64,000 nucleotides of DNA from Octopus sinensis (taxonomy: Eukaryota). The notes under the pieces were generated by a model. It saw nothing but the letters and a program-made list of their open reading frames with translations. It was not told the DNA's origin and did not search any database. The stretch spans positions 76,756,001 to 76,820,000 of the forward strand of contig NC_042998.1 of the NCBI RefSeq assembly GCF_006345805.1. Reading direction: 5' to 3'. Each line of letters starts with the position of its first letter. Positions within the stretch are counted from its first letter, which is position 1. Below are positions 52,721-64,000 of this stretch, in pieces. The translations under genes and the position numbers were made by a program.

Positions 52721-54319
52721 TATATGTATATATATCATATATTGCGAGGCTAACCCAGTGTAAGGCTCAGGATACATTTGCTTCAGAAGCAAGTATTAGT
52801 CGAGTACGGAGTGGTAATAAGAAAATAAGATAGCAAAGGAATAAACGATTATATTATGAACATCATTAGCTTATAGCCGTTTCTGCTATGAGATGCAGTG
52901 TACTCATAATTGAGCTCCTGAGTAACACCGTATGGCTTCATCGTAGAAGTAGATTTTATTTGGAAAAATAATTACATTTATACATATATGCTTCCACTCA
53001 CCCACATATATTTAAGAAAAAAAGCATTACCAAAATGAAAGTAAACATGTTCGTCGGGATGAAAATCAAGAGCTCGTTCCATAAACAAAATAAAATTAAT
53101 TTTAAAATTAAAAATTATCGCCAAAAGCTTGGCGATACCTGCTTGAGGCCTACGCAAAGTTGTCATGAAGTTTTCATCGTTTTCGACACAAAGATATCTT
53201 GTGCAACTGAGACACGAGTGTCTTTTCTTGCTCAACTGAAAGCAGTTTTGGCATGAACATGGCAGACGCGCGTCTCATACCCAAATCTTCAGGGATAATG
53301 GACTGAACTAAACCGTAACTAACCATCACATCCTCCGATAATTCAGAGATGGTGTTTCGACGATTTCCCCTCGCAGCTGCATGCACATCTGCAATGTTTT
53401 TCTCAGTCCTACTGGTTTCGGGTCTCCCAGAACGTTCATCAATATCGACATTTTTTCGGCCATCTTGAACCGAGCGTCTGAACCGGTCGTTCACATGTGT
53501 GCAACTCATAACTCCTTTCTATACATTTTCTGCAAATTTGCGTAGGCCTCTGAGCATTTATCACCATGACAACTTACTTTGTCATGGTCAATGCGACGAT
53601 CACACGCTACACACCTTCCTTCTAAGCATTGTTGTAAACAGCGGAAGTGAGCTAGACCAATAAAAGTTAGTGCGCATGCACAGCAGATTTCAAGGTCAAT
53701 CAGTTCCAAGCGGCTTTACCTTGCGTGCTTTAGCTTCGTTGCTATGACAACAGTCTGAATACTTATTGATCAGACCTCGTATATATATTTGCACTGGTAT
53801 GCACACACACACACACACACATATAAACCCACTCGCACATTCACGGATATACTTGTAATGCAGACATAACTTTCTAGAAACGCACTAATTGTTCTACAAT
53901 GCTCAATGCGCGCGCACACACACACACACTTACACAAATAAATACACGCACACGCATGTTGTTTGTTCCTTCTCGAGCCATGCCTGGCTCATAGGGCCGG
54001 TTTTCCCGGTTTCCTTGGCGTATAGGTTCCCTACCTGGACGGGACGCCGGTCCGTCGCAGGTGACCTACAAGATGCAAGAGGAAAGAGTGAGAGAAAGTT
54101 GTGGTGAAAGAGTCAGCAGAAGTTCACCATTACTTTCTGCCGGAGCCTCGTGGAACTTAGGTATTTCGCTCATAAACACACACATCACCCGGTCTGAGAT
54201 TTGAACCCGCGATTCATCGACCGCGAGTCCGCTGTTGTAACCACTAGACCACATGCCTCCACACACACACATGCATATATGTATGTATAATTATGCATGA
54301 GTATATGGATATATATATA

Positions 54320-54358
<39 letters not shown>

Positions 54359-55633
54359 CACACACACACAGATACGCATATATACAGTTTCTCACACACA
54401 CATATACTGTTATGCTAGACACGATATGTTTATATCAATACATATAATATAAAAGCTTGAGATATAAACGCGTACATTTCTACTTTAAAATATTTGCGTA
54501 AAACATATACACAGATGTATGAGTATATACACACATACATTCTTACATACATACATACACATGCAATTTTAGAACAAATATTTCGATTTGTAGCCATTTA
54601 AATTTCTTTTCTTCGCTGATGTCATTCAGCCGCGAATATCACGAAAACGTGAAATGTCAATTCCACTCTAAAGTCAATAGTACTGATTACTGGCTGATAG
54701 CAAACCTTTGATCGTCCAATATAAAGTAATAAACTATATTCATAGCACTCCTTATGAAAATATGCATGTAACTATTTAACTATTCTTTTAAATATTCAAT
54801 TTGTATATATATATATATATATATTATATATAATATATATATATATATGTGTGTGTGTGGAGGCGCAATGGCCTAGTGGTTAGGGCAGCGGACTCGCGGT
54901 TTCGACTCCCAGACCGGTGATTGTGAGTGTTTATTGAGCGAAAACACCTAAAGTTCCACGAGGCTCCGGCAGGGGGTGGTGATCCCTGCTGTACTCTTTC
55001 ACCACTTTTTCTCCCACTCTTTCTTCTGTTGGCCTGCTCGCTTAGCCAGCGGGGTGGTGTCATTCGAAGGCTAAAACAATGCGAACGCATTGTGACTAGC
55101 GATATGTAACAACATCTGATGATCTGGTCGGTCACGTGATCACGTGATATATATATATATATATTATATATATATATATATATATACACGCATATATATA
55201 TATATGTATATATATATACATATATGTGTGTGTATATATGAGGGCACATGGGTTTGTGATTAGGGTGCTGCACTCACGATCGCTAGATCGTAGTTTCAAA
55301 TATTAAATATTTCTTCAGATCTGCTACAACCTACCTACCGAGCCTTCACAAAAGTAAAGGGGAGAGAGAGAAAAAAGGACAATGTGTAATGTGATTGAAT
55401 ACTATGGAAATATTTTAGAAAACCATTTCATTTATCGTAAATACACTGATTTTACACCATTTCATTTAATTTTTCAGCAATTTAATGGTTTTTATGCTTT
55501 ACTCTAAGTTGAAAAAGTTGCAAATACTGAAACTGGTACTAAAATGTTTTTCATGATAAATTTATTTTAGCATTTTCTACCTTTCCTATTTTTCTTATAC
55601 ATAACATATCAACACGCATGTTACTTTTCAACC

Positions 55634-55676
<43 letters not shown>

Positions 55677-57444
55677 CCTATGTGTGTGTGTGTATAACAG
55701 TTACTGGGTAAGTTTAGTCCAGGCTATCATTTCAACAGCATTGCATATACTAACCTGGTTAGCATAGCGCTTTAATTATCTAAGGAAATTCAGTTCTAAT
55801 TCGATCAATTTTAACACGAGCACTTCGCTAATCAAAGGCATGTAGATCCAGTAGGCATGTTACAATTCTCACAAAGTGAATAATCGTTTTAATTGAGAAT
55901 AGAAGTCCAATGAAGTTTACTCATGTTTCTGTGAACGAACGTCATTTGTTTCATAGTAATTATGAAGCTATGTAGTTCGTACAATAAGCACGATAAAATT
56001 AGCGTTCTTTCACTTTCTCATATAAGTTGGTCGTAATTCAAATTAAAACGATATCATTTATACCATATTTCATACTATGTTATACAATTCGTACAATGTT
56101 ATTAAATACATTCTGTAATATATGGAAATATGTAATACTATTCCTATAGTCCATCGACCGCTTCAGATGTTGGAAGAGTTCATTTGGGTGTTTTACAATA
56201 TACAGACACACAGACATATATACAAGTAATCATTCACTGATTTATGTGAAAGATAACCAGGCTAGAATTAAATTAACATCCACGCTTGGTTGCCGGTCTA
56301 CGTTTGTATTTACATCTTAAATGTTACAAACGTCATTATTTAAATTTAATATTGCTCCCTGATTTTTGTATCGGAACAAATGTTTCTCAGATTGGTTGCG
56401 TTTATTATTATGAGAAAACCTTCGATAGCATCGAAATGAACGCAGTACTGCAAGATCTCTGGAAACAAGGTGTGACGACGCAGTACGTCACCCTCCTTAG
56501 GGTGTGAATACCGGGTGCACAACAAAAATGACCTGTAATCCTCACCAGTGAATATTCTGGTAGAGGAGAGTGCCAGGCAAGGAGACACCATCTCTCCTAA
56601 GCTTTTCACGGCGTGTTTCGTGATGGTTATACGAGACATGAACTGGGACGGACGTATAAGAATAAACGAAGAACTGCTCACTCATCTAAGATATGCTGAC
56701 GACATAGCGCTTGATAGCGCAGAGTACCAGTCACCTGTAGACCATACTGGACGAACTGAGTTACAGGGGTTCGGCAGTCGGCTTAGAGATCAGCCGTACG
56801 AAAACCAAGTACGTATGGTCCGAGGGCATACCAATAGGTCGCCTAACAGTCGGAGGCAATGAAACAGAAGAGGTGAACAGCTATGTGTAACTTCGTCAAG
56901 AAGTGACTATGAGGCGAGAGATGGAGAATGAGACCTCGCGAAGGGTAAGAGCAGGATGGAGTGCTGAAGGTGAAACTAGACAAGGAAACCTGCGCCAACC
57001 TCTTCAAAAGGACACTCTTGCCTGCCGTGCTATACGCGTGTAAAACCTGGGCCTTGACAAAGAGAGAACAACATCTGCTTACGGCGCAGAGTGTCATGGA
57101 AAGCTCGATGTTGCGACTCTCGCAAAGAGATCACACACGGAAAGAGGAGATCAGGTATAGGACTAGAGTGAAGGACGTCGTCGCAGAATATTACCGCGCA
57201 AAGTGGGCTGGTTATGTCGGAAATGTTCACAAAAAATCTTTGAACCCGTGCAGTTGCCGAGTGGTAGCCACGCGAGGAAGAGGTCACTTGAATGACCTCC
57301 AGTCAGATGGGAAGATGATTTAAGAAAACTATTTGGAACAACGTGGAGGAGAATGGCCAGAGCACGAAGGGAATGGACCGAATGCTGTGGCCAGCGGAGC
57401 CGACTCGGCATCAAGAAGCCTGGCCGATCCAGGTGATGCAGTTG

Positions 57445-57541
<97 letters not shown>

Positions 57542-57542
57542 A

Positions 57543-57579
<37 letters not shown>

Positions 57580-57594
57580 GTATATATATATAAG

Positions 57595-57627
<33 letters not shown>

Positions 57628-58292
57628 ATATATATATATATATATATAGCTTTGTGTATTTTCCGGTGGCTGCAATGGCGTGGCGGGGTATATAAACTCA
57701 TGTCGCCAGTGTTGAAACACCTATGTCATGGACAGGCAAGATAACTCTCCTTCAATCCCATTTGGGAGTGATGAACATCGATGTTTCGCCATTTTTGTGG
57801 CTGGTAAGCATCACAAGCCACAAACATTGCAAAACATCAATGTCCATCGCGCCCATGTGAGATTGAGAGTGAGTTACCTTGCCTGTCCATGACTTAGGTG
57901 TTTTAACAGTGGTGGCATGAGAGTTTATATACTCCGCTACGCTATTGCAGCCGCCGGAAAATACACTCACACATACATACATACATACATACATACATAC
58001 ATACATACATACATACATACATACATGTATATATATATATATACACATATATGCATATAATCAAAATAAGCAACAAGGATATCCAGAGGTAATGGAGTAC
58101 GATCGTTTCATGCAACTCCATTTAATTGAATAATGCAATCATTTCATTATATCAATTTAAAACATAGAGCAATCTTCAGCAGCACAAAGACATAGAATTT
58201 AATTAAATTAGAATAGAAGGACACATTAGTATAAATTTCACCTAAGATCTCCAATAGAATAAGGAGATAGACAAACAACATGTTGTACCTAC

Positions 58293-58358
<66 letters not shown>

Positions 58359-58732
58359 CTCACACATATATATATATACATATATTACCGTGACCACCGT
58401 GACCGACCAGGCTATCAGATGTTGCTATACATCGCTGGTCACAATGCGTTTCGCATTGTTTTATCCTTCAAATGAAGTCATACCGCTGGCTAAGCGAGCA
58501 GGCCAACAGAAGAAAGAGTGAGAGAAAGTTGTGGCGAAAGAGTACAGCAGGGATCGCCACCACCTCCGGGCGGAGCCTCGGGGAGCTTTAGGTGTTTTCG
58601 CTCAAAAAACACTCACAACGCCCGGACTGGGAATCGAAACCGCGATCCTATGACCGCGAGTCTGCTAACCCCTGAGCCATTGCGCCTCCACACACACACA
58701 TATATATATATATGTGTGTGTATGTGCGTATA

Positions 58733-58784
<52 letters not shown>

Positions 58785-59491
58785 CGTAGAAACAATGGAT
58801 ATGGAAGATAGAAAATACTGAAAAGTTTATTTATGACATCGGTCGTTTTGGCACATTCTGCATCGCTCCCTCACGAGTGGGAAACTATACCCTGAATTAT
58901 TGTGTATACTACGGTGCAGAAGCATCTCACAAGATGATGTAATACAGCTTCTCTTTACATTTGTAATGTTTCGCTCTTTAGATCAACTAGAGCATGTTGC
59001 TAGCGGTTGTAGGTTAAATGCATTGAGAAGGAATGAGCAAAGAGCAGATTTAGTTGCGAAACTGTGGATACGGACGGGAAGTAATTAAAAGTAATACAAT
59101 ACAAATGATAAAGAAAATAAATTATACAAGAAAGTAAAATTAAACACATTATTAAAGTGGTAAGGTCATCACAGATATATTCCAGCATATGCCTACATAC
59201 ACATATATGTACACATACACACCCATTTTTAGACGCTCACGCAAGGGTATATATGTACGTATGTCCACTTGCGCATTAATCACTATGTGAGTTCACACTT
59301 ATGCTAGTGTATATACAACAAACATTATACAACAACAAACACTTACGTACATATTTATACATACACACATATACGCATAGTCGTTCGCTTACTTCCACAG
59401 GATATAGCTAACACACACACACACTTGTATATACATAGAGAGATAATGATGCAAATAAATAAACACTCTTGGGCTTCAGAGACTGAAAGTA

Positions 59492-59530
<39 letters not shown>

Positions 59531-60822
59531 CAGAAAGAGAGAGAGGAGAGAGAGAGAAAGAGAGAGGGAGAGAGAAAGAAAGAGAGAGGGAGAGCGAGAG
59601 AAAGAGAGAGAGAGATAACAAGCTGAAACTAATTCAGCAGATGACCATCCATGTATAGCATTATACATATTTACAGTGCAAGCCTCTCTCCACCTGGATG
59701 CCGGATTTATGGTCATGTTTATGTGCATCCACTACTGGTTGCATATTCTTGACTTTTCTTGCACACTTCACCTGTCTACATTACAACTATTATGTTATTC
59801 TGAGAATCCGAAACAACTGAAATACCATGTTCTCTCCCCTTAGTTTCCTGTATCTTTTATACTCCATTTATATCTCTTCTCAAAGTATATACATCTATAT
59901 GCTTATGTATAAATGTTCCTCATCTGAATATTTTCAGTGTCTGTTTCTCTCTCTCTATATTCCTATATATATTAGCAAGTACATATATGTGTGTATACTT
60001 TGTATGTCAAGCCGAAGCGTTTTTATTTATATATTTGCATCATTATCTCCATATCAGCTCAACTGGATTCCTTTTATTGGCACTGTTTACCTTTCGGACT
60101 TAGTAGTCGATAAAGATTTCAAGGTCTAAGTTCAATTAATTTGAGGACTACTAAATGATTTCTATATTGAACATCCTGGATCTCATCTGGTAACTCTCTA
60201 TATACATATATACATAATATGCTAACATATGTGTATTTTTATACGTATATTTATACATAGGTAACTATATAATCTCTTTTTCCCTCTCTCTGCATGTATA
60301 TACACATATATATATATATATGGATGTGTGTTTCTCTTTCAGGGAAACATTCGAGAAGTTTTCGTCATTCGAGCGGCAATGACATTTTCATTCAGAGGAG
60401 AATACATAGTATTCTGGAATCAGAAAGGCCAAGAGAAATGTTTAGATCCAATGGTTCTGAAGAGCGCCTTGGGAGAGAAACTATATAACCAAATTGCATA
60501 TTTTATAAAATCATTTCAAGAGTGTACCAACGAAGATAGGATTATAATGATTATGCTTATGCTCATTGAATTTTTCAATCCCTACAAACCAAATGTCGAG
60601 AACAAATACTTTTTGCAAACAGCACAAGAGAAATATAACTTTTGGTTAAAAGTGTACATCGAGGCTAAATATCCGGAAAACATTGCTAGTCTCATTTACA
60701 GACAAATCATCATGAAGTTATCTGATGTACGAGAGATTGGTCACATCTGTAACGAAGCAAGTAAAAAGTTCTTGTGGGAGGATTTTCTCCTCTTAATTGT
60801 CGATATCTTAGACATAAATTGA
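49749..60822 (+). CDS. Nuclear hormone receptor, NR1J / HR96-DAF-12-like; four coding exons visible (~422 aa), 5' exon(s) not identified
   Basis: Exons 49749-49913, 50436-50553, 51778-52283 and 60343-60822 join in frame through GT-AG introns (phases 0, 1, 0). The product has two C4 zinc fingers with P-box [10 protein letters not shown], a hinge and an LBD. Confidence 0.92.
50436..50553 (+). CDS. Nuclear receptor exon: second zinc finger
   Basis: tttcttttcag|[39 protein letters not shown]+a|gtaagt. Confidence 0.93.
50618..50765 (+). mobile_element. 3'-end fragment of the LINE family at 20476, intronic
   Basis: caggaaacacagatgagggcagcggcatcgacctccctcattgaccaa...ggtggtgccctaatatgagcac..gctgaaac resembles 21458-21547. 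Confidence 0.7.
50776..51151. mobile_element. MITE-like element with perfect 46-bp inverted repeats, intronic
   Basis: agaaaaatataaatgttactgttaaatttatttgtgaatattgata (50776-50821) is the exact reverse complement of 51106-51151. Confidence 0.85.
51778..52283 (+). CDS. Nuclear receptor exon: hinge and N-terminal LBD
   Basis: attacag|(N)[11 protein letters not shown]...[31 protein letters not shown]|gtgtgt; contains the LBD signature F..LP.F..L...D. Confidence 0.88.
53100..53779 (-). mobile_element. 5' fragment of a mariner-like transposon, intronic
   Basis: [10 protein letters not shown]...[10 protein letters not shown]...[21 protein letters not shown] (WVPxxL-like); TIR ta|cgaggtctgatcaataagtattcagactg. 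Confidence 0.85.
53958..54262 (-). mobile_element. tRNA-derived SINE with the head of the 15782 family and a different 3' module
   Basis: Head tggaggcatgtggtctagtggtta..gggttcaaatc; tail ctgcgacggaccggcgtcccgtccagg..gaaaccggg..ggccctatgagcc. Confidence 0.85.
54858..55148 (+). mobile_element. tRNA-derived SINE with the same head and a third 3' module
   Basis: tggaggcgcaatggcctagtggttagggcagcgg; ggtttcgactccc; tail tggtcggtcacgtgatcacgtgat. Confidence 0.9.
56385..57446 (+). mobile_element. 5'-truncated degenerate RTE-clade LINE, intronic
   Basis: [47 protein letters not shown]; stops and frameshifts. Confidence 0.85.
57654..57966. repeat. ~313-bp fold-back palindrome, intronic
   Basis: gtgtattttccggtggctgcaat...tttgtggct pairs over its whole length with agccacaaa...attgcagccgccggaaaatacac; loop of ~14 nt near 57803-57816. 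Confidence 0.92.
58094..58183 (-). ncRNA. Type I hammerhead ribozyme candidate, intact core, long stem II, palindromic stem III
   Basis: Minus strand reads CUGAAGA-UUGC-UCUAU..AAUUGA-UAUAAUG..CAUUAU-UCAAUU..AUGGAG-UUGCAU-GAAAC-GAUC-GUA/CUCC; stem I pairing is poor. Confidence 0.62.
58386..58692 (-). mobile_element. tRNA-derived SINE of the same subtype as 54858, opposite orientation
   Basis: Reverse-complement match to 54858-55148, including the tail. Confidence 0.9.
60343..60822 (+). CDS. Nuclear receptor terminal exon: C-terminal LBD and AF-2
   Basis: tttctctttcag|[15 protein letters not shown]...[19 protein letters not shown]...[15 protein letters not shown]...[11 protein letters not shown]...[11 protein letters not shown]. 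Confidence 0.9.
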   Translation, partial: GNIREVFVIRAAMTFSFRGEYIVFWNQKGQEKCLDPMVLKSALGEKLYNQIAYFIKSFQECTNEDRIIMIMLMLIEFFNPYKPNVENKYFLQTAQEKYNFWLKVYIEAKYPENIASLIYRQIIMKLSDVREIGHICNEASKKFLWEDFLLLIVDILDIN

Positions 60823-60960
60823 ACAGATTCCATATATGAACGAGAAAAATACTCTTAATTTATTGTGATCAACTGTTTTCATAGTGTATAATTATATTTT
60901 CATTGTATGTTTTTGGTTCGATATTCTAAGTATAAATATTTTTTTTGTTTTAACACTTTT

Positions 60961-60966
60961 AATAAA
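60961..60966 (+). promoter_or_regulatory. Candidate polyadenylation signal
   Basis: First AATAAA downstream of the stop codon (~140 nt); AT-rich context makes a chance match possible. Confidence 0.35.
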
Positions 60967-61417
60967 TAACAACATTTACCATCATTTATATTTCAAGTAT
61001 ACATATATACATGCATTCAAACAGTGACATACGCATGCTATGCATATACAAATGCGAAAATACAGGATTATATCCACTCACACACATATTAGAGTAATCA
61101 TATATATACAAGCATGCATCTATATAGAGGTAGAATTTTACAACCAACACAAAGAACACACACAAGCGAACCTGAAATAGAGGGTTTGACTCTGAACATT
61201 GCAACAATGTTCAGCTGTGTTAAACTCGGTTCACTGTCAATAGTTAAGATCCACATCATCCTCTACATCATATATTGAGCACTTCTCTCTCCGACTTCCC
61301 ACATAAATTAGCACACACACGCATACACATATGTTTACATATGGATATATTTATATATTACGGAGATGTACTTGCATAGCAAGGGACCTGATCTGAGATC
61401 GTGTGCTGGAACGAAGG

Positions 61418-61684
61418 CAATTGCAGGGTGAAGGGTTTTATAAGCCATTTAAGAAACACAAAAACCGTTTGATTCACTTCAATATTTAAATTTAATTTGT
61501 CAAAATATTTTCGTCGCCTTGAGACCGCAACCTGTTCACTGACATCACGGAATTTTGCTAGTGAACATGTTCCGGTCTCAAAGTGACGAAAATATTTAGA
61601 AAATTAAATTTAAATGTTGAAGTGAATCTAACGATTTTTGTGTGTTTCTTAAATGGCATATAAACACCTTCCTCGCTGCAATTG
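61418..61684. repeat. ~267-bp fold-back palindrome with two inverted hammerhead-like motifs
   Basis: caattgcag..taagccatttaagaaacaca..gttcact pairs with agtgaac..tgtgtttcttaaatggcata..ctgcaattg. Confidence 0.9.
61498..61544 (-). ncRNA. Minimal type I hammerhead candidate with a G3-C8 core variant
   Basis: UGUCA-GUGAACA-G-GUUGC(GGUCUCAAG)GCGAC-GAA-AAUAUU-U-UGACA: 5-bp stem I, 5-bp stem II, palindromic stem III. Confidence 0.6.
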
Positions 61685-61749
61685 TTATATATATATACAT
61701 GTGTGTGTGTGTGTGTGTGTGTGTATGTCTCTCTCTCTCTCTATTTACC

Positions 61750-61784
<35 letters not shown>

Positions 61785-61959
61785 TCATCTATATCTATAT
61801 CTATCTATCTATCTATATACATATATACTTTATTTTAAGCAGCAGAAAATTCAACAAAATCTGTTACTCTGAGTTTCTCGTTGCCGTTCATCATGTATAT
61901 ATCTATGTAAATCTATAGATCTCTCTCTCTATATATATATATATATAGTATATATATCT

Positions 61960-62032
61960 TGCCAGGTGGTGCTATTAAGTTAGACATGGCCCGGGTCAAT
62001 ACTGGTCAAAACCTTTCTAAGTTATTCTAAGT

Positions 62033-62034
<2 letters not shown>
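61960..62034 (+). mobile_element. Extreme 3'-end copy of the LINE family at 17937
   Basis: ccaggtggtgctattaagttagacatggcc is identical to 20069-20098; tail (ttctaagtta)2. Confidence 0.8.
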
Positions 62035-62087
<53 letters not shown>

Positions 62088-62096
62088 AATATATAT

Positions 62097-62130
<34 letters not shown>

Positions 62131-62394
62131 GTATATAATATATATATATAACATATATAATATATACAACATATATGATATATGCATATATAATATATAT
62201 ATAAAATATATGATATGATACATATATATAACATATATATGATATATATATATATATATATATAATATATAATATGTATATAATATATATATAATAGGTT
62301 TACAATATATATAATGTATATATATATATAATATATAATATATATACACATAATAATGTAATATGTATATATATAATATATATATATATATAAT

Positions 62395-62555
62395 CTCTTT
62401 ATTTTCTCTTTTCATTTTCTTTCCTTGTTTCTTTCAGTGTTCCTCTCTGTGGAAGAGCGTAGGCTCGAAACGTTAAAGACTTTTCACTTCCCGTGCGTTA
62501 AACTAATACATCTGATTGTTGTCTAGAACACCTGCCTTTTTTGTGAATTTTCCCT
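62395..62555 (+). mobile_element. Short element with a hammerhead-like motif; same family as 3078-3265
   Basis: CUCU-CUGUGGA-A-GAGC(GUAG)GCUC-GAAACGUU-AAAG at 62443-62478; between (TA)n tracts. Confidence 0.62.
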
Positions 62556-63338
62556 ATATATATAATCTCGCATGCATACAGATTGATATGTACATATCTG
62601 TATATATTATATACACATATACATACGTACACATGGATATATACATGTGTAAGTATGTATGTATAGATCTATGTGTGCGCGCGTGTGTGTAATTTATAGA
62701 AAAGTAAAAAAAATAATACGTATAAATATGAGAATTCGATTTCAAGTATATCCATCCTGCATATCTCACTTTTATCATTTTCGTATAAAAAGAAGGTTCG
62801 AAAACTTTCAAACAATAAATATATTTCAATATTTTGTCTGTTTGGGCATTAGGATTACTTTTCATATATTTAGACTGTTTATCATTTAAAGGTTGAAGAT
62901 AAGACCGATATGATCGTCAATGAAATTAAAAGTGAAAATTCTTCACAGTATAACTGTAGAACAAACATTTGATATAAATCTGGTAAAATTGTGAAATATA
63001 CTTGAATTGAAAACTACATCTTTGGAAGTTACGTGACGAATATATAACTGTATACAGTATATACAGCCATCCATCCACTCACACATCCATATATAAGCAA
63101 ATATAGTTTATCTCAATATCCTTTTTTTCCCTTTGCTCTATATACGTACATAGTTATATGATATATATATATATATATATATATACATACATGTGTGTGT
63201 ATATATATTGCCAAGTTGATCTGCCCCACATGTATTGACCCTGTTAATGCTAGTCTTAGTTACAGAGAATACTTATAAATATTAAACATTACGTAATAGG
63301 CAAGTCTAAGTGCCATGTTCACTATTTACAATATCTAA

Positions 63339-63550
63339 GGCGGCGAGCTGGCAGAATCATTGGCATGCCGGGTAAAATGCTTTTGCGGCATTTCGTCCGT
63401 CTTTACTCTCGGAGTTAAAATTTTTTCGAGGTCGACTTTGACTTTCATCATTTTGGAATCGATAGAATAAGTATCAGTTGAACACAGGTCGATGTAACCG
63501 ACTTACTCCCTTCCTAGAAATTGCTGGCCTTGAGCCAAAATTTGAAAGCA
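63339..63550 (+). mobile_element. tRNA-derived SINE (family of 11650)
   Basis: ggcggcgagctggcagaatc..gaggtcgactttgactttcatc..; diverged TSD tatttRcaatatcta on both sides. Confidence 0.82.
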
Positions 63551-63661
63551 ATATTTGCAATATCTACTTGAAAGAAGAAAAAGATTTATCTGGTTTGTCT
63601 CAATCCCCCATTGGGATTTCTTCAGTCAAGAAATACACATCTATCTATCTATCTTCTCTCT

Positions 63662-63753
<92 letters not shown>

Positions 63754-63807
63754 GATATCTATGTGAATACACATACAAACACACATACATACATACATAC
63801 ACACACC

Positions 63808-63845
<38 letters not shown>

Positions 63846-64000
63846 CATGCATATATGTATACACAGAAATGCACATACATCCATATATACTTATATACAT
63901 ACTTTAAACAAAGAAGCATACGTAAATTACCCATATACAGGCATCTATCAATCCTCAGTGACAAACCATAACTTCTATTACAGACGAAGCGATTGCGTCG

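Overview
AT-rich, microsatellite-dense animal genomic DNA. The SINE, LINE and repeat content looks like an octopus (coleoid cephalopod); this is inferred from pattern recognition, not a database search. The only convincing host gene is a spliced + strand nuclear receptor of the NR1J (HR96/DAF-12-like) group, with coding exons 49749-49913, 50436-50553, 51778-52283 and 60343-60822; its start exon was not found. The rest is a ~181-bp satellite array, a ~1.4-kb tandem duplication, and decayed mobile elements: CR1/L2-like, RTE, R4/Dong-like and Penelope-like retroelements, tRNA-derived SINEs, Tc1/mariner relics, MITEs and a Helitron. Nearly all short ORFs in the track are microsatellite artefacts. 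The most notable unexplained signal is a set of about ten type I hammerhead-ribozyme-like motifs in short non-coding elements, mostly beside (TA)n tracts. Two have intact cores with unusually long stem II, one has a compensatory G3-C8 core swap inside a palindrome, and one family shares an A6U core change. Several long fold-back hairpins also occur, some next to these motifs.
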